Positions 1-6,794 of a DNA stretch of 48,927 nucleotides are shown here, in pieces. Below the pieces are notes generated by a model. The model did no database searches and was not told the DNA's origin. It saw nothing but the letters and a program-made list of their open reading frames with translations. The DNA lies in the IMG/VR virus record IMGVR_UViG_3300045809_000027, one strand, 5' to 3'. A program made the position numbers and the translations under genes. This DNA comes from a virus. Within the stretch, counting starts at the first letter, position 1; the number at the start of each line of letters is the position of its first letter.

Positions 1-127
1 CCATGCGTGCGTCTTTTTGTGCTGAATCATTTTGAGCGTTAGATAGTTCATTACGCAGCTTATCCGCCTCTTGCTGTTTCTGCGTGACTTCCTGTTGCTT
101 AGATTCGACTTCACGTTGTTTGGCTTC
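1..127. repeat. Terminal direct repeat, copy 1 (circular-closure overlap)
   Basis: Bases 1-127 read identically to 48801-48927. An exact 127-nt end overlap is typical of a circular contig from a de Bruijn assembler. Confidence 0.95.
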
Positions 128-412
128 GATCTCAGACTGCTTCGCATTGACCTCGTTTTGTTTGTTTGCCAATTGCTGTTTCAGGCTGTCTAGTTGATCT
201 TGAAGGTTCTTTTGTTGCCCCGTCGTTTGATCAAGTTTGCTTTGAACGTCTGCAGCCTTCTGTTTGTTCTGCGTAGCAATGTTAGCCAGTTTGTAGATGT
301 TCTGTTCAACAGTTGTTGCGTTATCGAAGAAACCAACGCCTGCCGCGAATCCTACAGTCGATCCTAGAAATAATGCAGCGCTAACTCCTAGTGCGATTTT
401 TTTGTTTTTCAT
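1..412 (-). CDS. N-terminal 137 codons of a 153-aa signal-peptide/TM plus coiled-coil protein; continues across the junction into 48751-48800
   Basis: ATG at 412 overlaps the stop of the upstream gene (ATGA). N-terminus is MKNKKIALGVSAALFLGSTVGFAAG, followed by Q/K/E-rich heptad-like sequence. The frame stays open to base 1 and joins 48800 in frame (412+50=462 nt). Confidence 0.6.
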   Translation of the reverse strand, partial: MKNKKIALGVSAALFLGSTVGFAAGVGFFDNATTVEQNIYKLANIATQNKQKAADVQSKLDQTTGQQKNLQDQLDSLKQQLANKQNEVNAKQSEIEAKQREVESKQQEVTQKQQEADKLRNELSNAQNDSAQKDARM

Positions 413-669
413 GCTGTTCCCTCCTTTTTCATTTCCAAAATATTTTTGTTTAGTTTTGATAACTCTTTGCGCTGTTTTTCTTCTGAAATCACATTTCTAA
501 AACTTTTTCCTGCATTTTCGAATAAAAACCTTTCGGCTTCACGTATACTAACCAGTTTTTGAGAACTAAATTGAACTGTCTTTATCAAACCTAAGTCGAC
601 CAAAATGTAAATGTTATCTTTTGACGTTCTGTACTCACTAGCTAATTCCGGTAATGTGTACGCAAGCAT
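409..669 (-). CDS. HTH_17/excisionase-like DNA-binding protein (possible Xis)
   Basis: 86 aa. YTLPELASEY..SKDNIYILVDLGLIKTV....VSIREAERFL fits the MerR/excisionase winged-helix pattern. Lies in the early operon and is translationally coupled to its neighbours. Confidence 0.5.
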   Translation of the reverse strand: MLAYTLPELASEYRTSKDNIYILVDLGLIKTVQFSSQKLVSIREAERFLFENAGKSFRNVISEEKQRKELSKLNKNILEMKKEGTA

Positions 670-1197
670 TTAATCATTCCTTTCTCTCGATTCTGCATCC
701 TTGACGATTGCTCTTGAATTGAAATTGTATCGATCGCAAACTGAGTTAAAAACTGCAATTTCTGATGAAATCTCGTCTACCACTTCCAACAACCAGAGTT
801 TTATTTCAGTTCTTTCATCGTGACTGATTTCTTCATTAGATATCGATAGTAAATCCCAAATTTCATATTTCTTTTCTACTTCAATTCTTTCAATTTCTTC
901 TTTGTCTTGACCAACCATTTTTGAAAGTGGATGCGCATCTCGACGTTTTCGATTTAATGGTTTTGGTGTATAGAACATCGCAGCAGCTACCTCGAAATCT
1001 GTTTCTGGATTTTGCAAGTAATCAGCAATTTCTACAACTCTTTCTAATCCCATCGTCCGTCTACCATTTAACATGTGACTTAGATTCTGCGCTGAGAAGT
1101 TCAGGTGATCAGCCATGACTCTTTGGTTCAAAGCCTGTTTGTCAACTTCCTGTCTAAAAATAGATGCGACTTGCTTCTCCATCGAAGAAACTCCCAT
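670..1197 (-). CDS. XRE-family HTH protein with unknown C-terminal domain
   Basis: QRVMADHLNFSAQNLSHMLNGRRTMGLERVVEIADYL is an HTH_3 motif. AAGGAG lies 6 nt upstream of the ATG at 1197 (internal Met of track ORF 670..1221). Confidence 0.6.
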   Translation of the reverse strand: MGVSSMEKQVASIFRQEVDKQALNQRVMADHLNFSAQNLSHMLNGRRTMGLERVVEIADYLQNPETDFEVAAAMFYTPKPLNRKRRDAHPLSKMVGQDKEEIERIEVEKKYEIWDLLSISNEEISHDERTEIKLWLLEVVDEISSEIAVFNSVCDRYNFNSRAIVKDAESRERND

Positions 1198-1262
1198 ATT
1201 AATCACTCCTTTTGTATTCAATTGTCATTTTTCATAGCAGTCATACTGCTATAAACTGTTTA

Positions 1263-1424
1263 TTAGAAGTAGAACATCATGTCTTCAATCAGACGGTCAT
1301 CCTGTTGACTCTCAACTTCATACAGTTGATTGATGAACTGATCCGATTTTGTTTCTAAGTAGGCTTTAGTTAAGTGATCGCCTAAACGTTTAAGTATGAA
1401 CTCAATTTTTTCTTGTTTTGACAT
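1263..1424 (-). CDS. Small early protein, unknown function (53 aa)
   Basis: GGAGGTGA RBS lies upstream of the ATG at 1424 (internal Met of track ORF 1263..1469). Confidence 0.5.
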   Translation of the reverse strand: MSKQEKIEFILKRLGDHLTKAYLETKSDQFINQLYEVESQQDDRLIEDMMFYF

Positions 1425-1474
1425 TAGATCACCTCCATAATTTCTAGTTATTTTTGATTGTACAAACAAACTGG

Positions 1475-1696
1475 TTAATCAATTTGTTCCGTTTTAGTTA
1501 ACTCCGTTTCCAAAAAAATATCATCTGGTTCTTTACCGAAAACCAAAGCAATTTTTACGGCATTCTCATAAGAAAGCCTTCTTTTACCTTTTTCGATCAT
1601 CCAGTAAAATTCCTTTGTAAGTCCAGCGGCATCAGCGACCTGTTGAAAAGTTTTTCCATTCTCTTTTCTTATTGTTTCTAAATTTTGCAAAACCAT
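1475..1696 (-). CDS. Cro-like XRE HTH regulator
   Basis: KTFQQVADAAGLTKEFYWMIEKGKRRLSYENAVKIALVFG is an HTH_3 motif. First gene of the leftward operon and divergent from the repressor. GGAGGG sits 6 nt before the ATG at 1696 but abuts the ATG at 1702. Confidence 0.8.
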   Translation of the reverse strand: MVLQNLETIRKENGKTFQQVADAAGLTKEFYWMIEKGKRRLSYENAVKIALVFGKEPDDIFLETELTKTEQID

Positions 1697-1734
1697 TACC
1701 ATCCCTCCTTCTAAGTTAACCTGATGTTAACTAC

Positions 1735-1763
1735 AGTATAGTTAACCGCAAGTTAATTGTCAA
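1735..1763 (-). promoter_or_regulatory. Early lytic promoter (TTGACA-17-TATACT)
   Basis: On the minus strand, TTGACA (1763-1758), a 17-nt spacer containing the operator pair 1741-1757, then TATACT (1740-1735). Operator pair 1715-1731 covers the expected transcription start. Confidence 0.75.
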
Positions 1764-1802
1764 CTATTTTTATACTCATTTAGTTAACTTTTTTCCAATC
1801 AA

Positions 1803-1831
1803 TTGAGTTAACTGTTTGTTAACGGTAAAAT
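1803..1831 (+). promoter_or_regulatory. Repressor-operon promoter (TTGAGT-17-TAAAAT)
   Basis: -35 TTGAGT at 1803-1808 and -10 TAAAAT at 1826-1831. The 17-nt spacer holds operator pair 1807-1823. Confidence 0.6.
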
Positions 1832-1854
1832 AATAAAAGAAACGAGGTGTTAAC

Positions 1855-2511
1855 ATGGACTTTGGATCTCGATTAAAAGAATTACGAGTTTCAAAAAAAC
1901 TTACTCAACAACAATTAGGAGATAAGATTCACGTTTCTAAAGTATCAATTTCTGGTTATGAACGTGGTGAACGTAGTCCTGATAGAGAAACTCTCACTTC
2001 TCTCGCAGATTTTTTTGATGTATCTACAGACTTTCTGTTAGGACGTGAACCTAAAGACATTAATAATTCTGTTGGTATCGGTGGAGTCATTCCAGAGGAC
2101 TATTCAATTCCTATTTTAGGTAGGATTGCAGCTTCATCGCCAGCTGGTTTAGTAAGCGATTACGAAGGAGAAATTTTCATACAGCCCTCTACTATAAAAA
2201 AGTATGGTAGACACGATATTTTCGCTTTACGAGTTTTAGGCGATTCAATGAATCGAATCATTCCTGATGGCGCAATCGCAGTAATCAGAAAAAGTTGCGA
2301 TTGGGAAGATGGAGATATCTGCGCTGTAACAATTAATGGAGATGACGCAACTCTCAAACAAGTTCATAAAACAAACCGTGGAATTAGATTTTCACCATTA
2401 ACTTACTCACGTTTCCACACACCATGGGAATATATTAAAGATGAGGACGATGTTGACGTTATCATCCATGGAGTTTTTTTATATGGCATAATACCAACTG
2501 ATAAAATGTAG
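1855..2511 (+). CDS. CI-like repressor, XRE HTH plus S24 (LexA-like) autopeptidase domain
   Basis: N-terminal KLTQQQLGDKIHVSKVSISGYERGERSP is an HTH. The C-terminal part has LGDSMNRIIPDGAIAVIRK (catalytic Ser) and ATLKQV (Lys). GAGGTG RBS. Confidence 0.9.
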   Translation: MDFGSRLKELRVSKKLTQQQLGDKIHVSKVSISGYERGERSPDRETLTSLADFFDVSTDFLLGREPKDINNSVGIGGVIPEDYSIPILGRIAASSPAGLVSDYEGEIFIQPSTIKKYGRHDIFALRVLGDSMNRIIPDGAIAVIRKSCDWEDGDICAVTINGDDATLKQVHKTNRGIRFSPLTYSRFHTPWEYIKDEDDVDVIIHGVFLYGIIPTDKM

Positions 2512-2526
2512 AATGGAGTGTTAAAT

Positions 2527-3597
2527 ATGGAAATGGAAAAATTTAAAGATGATTTAAAACAATTGGGAAAGCGCGTAATAAAGCTAAAAGACAATATTGG
2601 TACGGAAGAAGCAACTAAAACTTCACTCATTATGCCTTTTTTTGCAGCGTTGGGCTATGATCTATTCGATCCCACTGAATTTGTTCCAGAGTTCACTGCA
2701 GACGTGGGTATTAAAAAAGGTGAAAAAGTCGATTATGCTATTGTTATCGATAGTAAGCCTACTATTCTAATTGAAGCGAAGTCAATTAATGAAAAATTAA
2801 CAAAACATGATTCACAACTTTTTAGATACTTTGGGACTACAGAATCTAAATTCGGGATCTTAACGAATGGTCAAGAATACAAATTTTTTACTGATCTAGA
2901 TGAACCTAATAAAATGGATTTAGCACCCTTCCTTACAATAGATATAACAAATATTAAAGACAACCAAGTTCCTGAGTTAGCTAAGTTTCATAAGGAAAAT
3001 TTTGATGTTGACAAGATTACTAGTTCTGCCGCTGAGCTTAAATACTTGAGTCGTTTAAAGGATTATTTATCGTCTGAGCTTGACAATCCTAATGATGAGT
3101 TTATTAAGTTCCTTCTTGGTGAAATTTATGATGGGATGAAAACAAAACAGATCATTGATAAATTTAAACCAATTATAAAAAAAGGACTCAATCAGTTTAT
3201 CTCTGAAAAGGTAAATGATAAATTAAGCGCTGCATTAAAATCATCAGTCTCAGTAGATGAATTAGATACTAAATCAGAATCAAATACTACAGAAATTGAC
3301 GAACCTGAAGTTATTACAACACCTGAAGAACTAGAGTCATATACTATTGTCAAGGTGGTTTTAAAAGATGTAATTCCTCTTGATCGTTTATTCTATCGTG
3401 ATAATCGCAGTTACTTCAATATTTTATTAGATGATAATATTCGCAAGTGGATTCTAAGAGTACGATTCAATACTAATGGTATGAAGATTGAATTAAATGA
3501 TGAAAAACACTCTGTGTTTGAATTATCTCAACCGATGGATATTAATAATTACGCCAAAGAAATAATCACAATTGTAAATAGATTTAATCAGAAGTAG
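2527..3597 (+). CDS. HsdR_N-like (type I restriction enzyme R N-terminal domain) PD-(D/E)XK protein with unknown C-terminal half
   Basis: EEATKTSLIMPFFAALGYD...GEKVDYAIV...PTILIEAKS...HDSQLFRY...FGILTNGQEYKFF matches the HSDR_N_2 pattern (D...EAK core). GGAG lies 8 nt before the ATG at 2527. Starts 16 nt after the cI stop. Confidence 0.65.
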   Translation: MEMEKFKDDLKQLGKRVIKLKDNIGTEEATKTSLIMPFFAALGYDLFDPTEFVPEFTADVGIKKGEKVDYAIVIDSKPTILIEAKSINEKLTKHDSQLFRYFGTTESKFGILTNGQEYKFFTDLDEPNKMDLAPFLTIDITNIKDNQVPELAKFHKENFDVDKITSSAAELKYLSRLKDYLSSELDNPNDEFIKFLLGEIYDGMKTKQIIDKFKPIIKKGLNQFISEKVNDKLSAALKSSVSVDELDTKSESNTTEIDEPEVITTPEELESYTIVKVVLKDVIPLDRLFYRDNRSYFNILLDDNIRKWILRVRFNTNGMKIELNDEKHSVFELSQPMDINNYAKEIITIVNRFNQK

Positions 3598-3613
3598 AAA
3601 AGAGTGGGTTTTT

Positions 3614-4225
3614 ATGGTTGATTGGAAAGATTTAGGAAAAAGAACCTTCGATGCAACGAAAGATATCACAGAAAAGACAGTCGACTCATTTCAAGAATGG
3701 AAAGATGATCCTGAACGAATTGCTAAAGTTGAAACGAAAAAGGCTACAAAGAAAGCACAGAAAAAAATTGAGAAAGCTGAAAAAATGCAGAAAAAGGAAA
3801 TCAAAAGAGTAAAAAGCGAACCGGATCATGATTATTATTTTACTGAGAAAACATTTGAACCTTTCTCTTCTAAAGGCGTAGTTGAAGAATCGACATATAA
3901 AAAGATTAAAAGAGTAAAGCTTTCGAAAATCACTCAAGAAGAACCTAATAGAATTTCTATAAAACAAGGTAGAAAAAAAATTGATTTTTTATTGGAAAAA
4001 ATTGAATTCTCCGACAAAAAAAATTCAACTGGTGGCGCATTACTCGGTGTTGCAATTGCTGGAACTGCTGGTGCTGTTATTGGTAGCTCGATGAACTCAA
4101 GTAAAGTCTATGCAAACTTATACGTCCGTCCATTAGATGAAAAAGGAGTGCTACATGTAATTCGTTTTTATGCTGACAATAAAGAAGCTGCTCAACTCTT
4201 AAGACTTCAGGCAACGGAGGATTAA
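3614..4225 (+). CDS. Lys-rich protein with glycine-zipper membrane segment, unknown function
   Basis: 203 aa. GGALLGVAIAGTAGAVIGS is a glycine-zipper-like hydrophobic stretch. The stop lies 1 nt before the next ATG. Confidence 0.55.
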   Translation: MVDWKDLGKRTFDATKDITEKTVDSFQEWKDDPERIAKVETKKATKKAQKKIEKAEKMQKKEIKRVKSEPDHDYYFTEKTFEPFSSKGVVEESTYKKIKRVKLSKITQEEPNRISIKQGRKKIDFLLEKIEFSDKKNSTGGALLGVAIAGTAGAVIGSSMNSSKVYANLYVRPLDEKGVLHVIRFYADNKEAAQLLRLQATED

Positions 4226-4226
4226 A

Positions 4227-5165
4227 ATGAAAAAACTAACGATTGTATTCTTACTCTGCTCTACCCTGCTCTTATCAGCATGTTCGGGCGATAAGAAGGC
4301 TGATACGACTGATTCGACTAGAACTAAACTTACAACGAGTAGTTCAACTCAGAAAAAAGAAGCGATAAGTTTGGATTCTATATTGGAAAAGTTCAAGGAT
4401 GATGGATTAACAGTTGATGAGGCTAAATCCATGAACAAGGAAGATTTCGGTATGGCTCCAATGTCTGCTAAAGAAGCGAAGATTTTTGGTATTCAAAAAG
4501 ATGATTCAGGCGACTACATGAATGGCAGAATTTTTCTGTTTGAAAAAGAAAAAGACCTAACTAAAACAAAAGACTATTATGATGAACTTGGTAAAGAGTC
4601 GGCAATGGCCTTCTCTTACACTGCAGCAAATGAAAAGAAATTAGTTCTAATGCAGTTCAATGGAGATTTACCTCAGGATCTAGTTCAAAAATATGCTGAC
4701 TCTGCTGAACTCGAGTTTACTCATTCTAATTTCACTAGTTCACATGATTCAACAAGTAACTCTAGCAAGCAAAGCAACGGTAACTTGACTAACAATACCA
4801 ATACACAATCTTCAGCGTCACAGGGCCTAGGCTATGGTGATCATAATGCGAACATTAGAGACGCAAGGTATCAAGAAGCTATTGAAAAAGGCGCTACTGA
4901 ACAAGAAGCTACTGATTTTGCAAACGGAAGCGAGCCAACATACGTTCCAAAAACTCCTGAACCATCTGCGGACGCACAAGGTTCTAGCGCTCAACAAGAT
5001 GCCGACACCTTATCTCTTACAGACTTTGTAAATAAGTACGGCATGTCACCTGCAGCTTGGAAAGTGCAAAATGGAATGTCAGAGGAAGAAGCGTTAAGAA
5101 GCACCCAAAATCTTACCTCTGGTGAGATGCAACTCGCCTTTTCGAAGTACGGAATTCAGAAGTAA
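4227..5165 (+). CDS. Lipoprotein (candidate superinfection-exclusion factor)
   Basis: Signal peptide MKKLTIVFLLCSTLLLSAC with lipobox LSAC. GGAGGA RBS. Contains S/T/N/Q-rich linkers. Confidence 0.75.
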   Translation: MKKLTIVFLLCSTLLLSACSGDKKADTTDSTRTKLTTSSSTQKKEAISLDSILEKFKDDGLTVDEAKSMNKEDFGMAPMSAKEAKIFGIQKDDSGDYMNGRIFLFEKEKDLTKTKDYYDELGKESAMAFSYTAANEKKLVLMQFNGDLPQDLVQKYADSAELEFTHSNFTSSHDSTSNSSKQSNGNLTNNTNTQSSASQGLGYGDHNANIRDARYQEAIEKGATEQEATDFANGSEPTYVPKTPEPSADAQGSSAQQDADTLSLTDFVNKYGMSPAAWKVQNGMSEEEALRSTQNLTSGEMQLAFSKYGIQK

Positions 5166-5259
5166 TTGATTTCCAATAACTCTGGTAAGTTTGTTTAACT
5201 GGTGGCTACTTCTACCTGCCATAATTGGGAGTTAAAATGATTTTTTTTGGAGGATGCAT

Positions 5260-6498
5260 ATGGCAACTTTGTTAGTGTTAGTAGGATTTTTTGGATTTAT
5301 TTTTGGTGTAGTAAGACTAATTAGAGCGTTTTTCAAGAAAACACCTAAGAAGCCAGAACTTTTAATTATTCTTGGTACTGTTATTGTATTTTTTGCTGGT
5401 GGAACTCTCTTAGAACCATCTGAACAAAAGTCAGCAGAAACAACCATAAGCAGCACACAGCAAAGTAAAACTGGAAACAAATCTTCATCCAGCTCTAGTG
5501 AAACAAAAAAAGAACAAGACAAATCTTCGGATGAAAAGAATAAGCAAAAACAAGCACTTATCTCTTTTAATGATCGTGTGAAGCAAGATAATACTAATCT
5601 TGCAAATATGGAATACAATGGCACGCAAACGATTGAAATTAATGATAATAATCCAACGTTTTCGGAAGATGATTTATCTTTGGCCAATAAAGCTTGGGAA
5701 AAATACGGGGACCTTGATCAACTAAACCGTGCTACTTCTGCCGAAGCTATGCTGAATCAATCATTGATGCCTGCAGCTAAACGTGGAGATATTTCTAATG
5801 TTAAGCCTACTGGCTGGCATAATAAGAAAATTGGTAAAGGATATCTCTATAATCGATCTCATTTGATTGGCTATACCCTTTCTGGTGAAAACGATAATTG
5901 GAAGAATCTGATCACAGGAACAGCACAGTTAAATAATCCAGAGATGCTTCGCTATGAAATGGATATAAAATATTATCTGGAAAAAAGTAAAGATAACTAT
6001 GTACGGTACTCAGTAACTCCTGTATTCCGTGGTGATGAATTACTTGCTCGCGGCGTTCATTTAATGGCTCAATCAATTAAATCTGACGACATTAAATTTA
6101 ATGTTTATATCTTCAATGTACAAGATGATGTAACTTTGAATTATTTAGATGGAACAAGCCAAACTAAAAGCGAGATTCTTGCTGCTCAACAAAAAGAAGA
6201 AGAAAGAAAAAATGCTGAAATTAAAGCTCAACAAGCTGCTGAAGAACAACAGCGAATTGAAGCTCAAAAGCAAGCTGAGGCAGCTCAAAGCGCAGCGAAT
6301 GAACAACAAGCAGCCGCTACTCAAACAAATGGTCCAGAATACGTTGATGCCAACGGGAACGGATTAATCAAAGGTTCTAACAACGGAATATATCACGTTC
6401 CAGGGAGCAGATATTATGATAAAACAACTAATCCAGCAGCTTTGTTTAAAACAGTTGATGAAGCTGAAAGAGCCGGATATCGCGCTCCTAGAAATTAG
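5260..6498 (+). CDS. Membrane-anchored DNA/RNA non-specific endonuclease (EndA / DNA-entry nuclease family)
   Basis: Two N-terminal hydrophobic helices. [31 protein letters not shown] is the nuclease core. Followed by a Q/A/E-rich coiled-coil linker and a C-terminal tail, YHVPGSRYY...[21 protein letters not shown] lies 7 nt before the ATG at 5260. Confidence 0.75.
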   Translation: MATLLVLVGFFGFIFGVVRLIRAFFKKTPKKPELLIILGTVIVFFAGGTLLEPSEQKSAETTISSTQQSKTGNKSSSSSSETKKEQDKSSDEKNKQKQALISFNDRVKQDNTNLANMEYNGTQTIEINDNNPTFSEDDLSLANKAWEKYGDLDQLNRATSAEAMLNQSLMPAAKRGDISNVKPTGWHNKKIGKGYLYNRSHLIGYTLSGENDNWKNLITGTAQLNNPEMLRYEMDIKYYLEKSKDNYVRYSVTPVFRGDELLARGVHLMAQSIKSDDIKFNVYIFNVQDDVTLNYLDGTSQTKSEILAAQQKEEERKNAEIKAQQAAEEQQRIEAQKQAEAAQSAANEQQAAATQTNGPEYVDANGNGLIKGSNNGIYHVPGSRYYDKTTNPAALFKTVDEAERAGYRAPRN

Positions 6499-6503
6499 TA
6501 CTG

Positions 6504-6532
6504 CCTCCCCACCTAACTCTGCAAGTTCGATT
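6504..6532 (+). repeat. Degenerate copy (E1) of the tRNA T-arm-like intergenic element
   Basis: CCTCCCCaCCT-N10-GTTCGATT begins 6 nt after the nuclease stop. It aligns with 6721-6749 (about 22 of 29 identical, same spacing). Confidence 0.7.
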
Positions 6533-6561
6533 AGATCCAAAAAGAAAGAAGGTGAATCGAA

Positions 6562-6714
6562 ATGTCAGATGAAGAAATTAGAAAAGCGGCTCACGATCTA
6601 GCGATCATTTATTTGGAAAAAGTGGACTTAGATCACAAATCTGCCAAGCAAGTAGCTAACTACTACGTGCAAGCGAAAAAAGACATTGAAAAAGTTTTAC
6701 GAGAAAAAGATTAG
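6562..6714 (+). CDS. Small protein, 50 aa, unknown function (absent from the ORF track)
   Basis: GAAGGTG RBS lies 6-7 nt before the ATG at 6562. Translates to MSDEEIRKAAHDLAIIYLEKVDLDHKSAKQVANYYVQAKKDIEKVLREKD, stop TAG at 6712-6714. Predicted helical. Confidence 0.55.
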   Translation: MSDEEIRKAAHDLAIIYLEKVDLDHKSAKQVANYYVQAKKDIEKVLREKD

Positions 6715-6720
6715 CTCTAC

Positions 6721-6762
6721 CCTCCCCGCCTGGCGCCGCCGGTTCGATTCCGGTTCGGGGAA
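6721..6762 (+). repeat. GC-rich tRNA acceptor/T-arm minihelix-like element (E2)
   Basis: TCCCCG (6723-6728) pairs with CGGGGA (6756-6761). Inside it, GCCGG-TTCGATT-CCGGT (6738-6754) is a canonical T-arm. No D or anticodon arm and no CCA. Sits 33 nt upstream of the ATPase start. Confidence 0.75.
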
Positions 6763-6794
6763 TAAAAAATGCAGTGAAGTGAAAGGAAATTTAT

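Larger units (their letters stand above)
1715..1854. promoter_or_regulatory. Operator array of GTTAAC palindromes (immunity switch)
   Basis: GTTAAC at 1715-1720, 1726-1731, 1741-1746, 1783-1788, 1807-1812, 1818-1823 and 1849-1854, plus the variant GTTAAT at 1752-1757. Three pairs have an exact 5-nt spacer, so hexamer centres are 11 bp apart. Confidence 0.8.

Noticed and set aside
1-127. The 127-nt end repeat as a biological direct terminal repeat of a linear virion genome
   Set aside because: The repeat falls in the middle of an ordinary coding sequence and has a length typical of an assembler k-mer overlap. The packaging-site-like region is about 9.5 kb away, near 39150-39540. A circular-closure artefact is the simpler reading.
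297-1118. Plus-strand ORFs 297-500 and 921-1118
   Set aside because: They are antisense to well-supported minus-strand early genes and have no RBS.
5232-5687. 151-aa minus-strand ORF
   Set aside because: It is antisense to the N-terminal region of the nuclease gene and has no RBS. The plus-strand gene has clear domain motifs.
6149-6601. Plus-strand ORFs 6149-6367 and 6416-6601
   Set aside because: They are out-of-frame overlaps of the nuclease 3' region, with Lys-rich translation from the Q/A/E-coding repeat. The 6562-6714 ORF, with a real RBS, explains the downstream segment better.
6721-6762. A functional tRNA gene
   Set aside because: Only an acceptor-like stem and a T-arm are present. 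There is no D-arm, anticodon arm or CCA, and only about 8 nt lie between the 5' acceptor strand and the T-arm. It is kept as a tRNA-derived element or minihelix.
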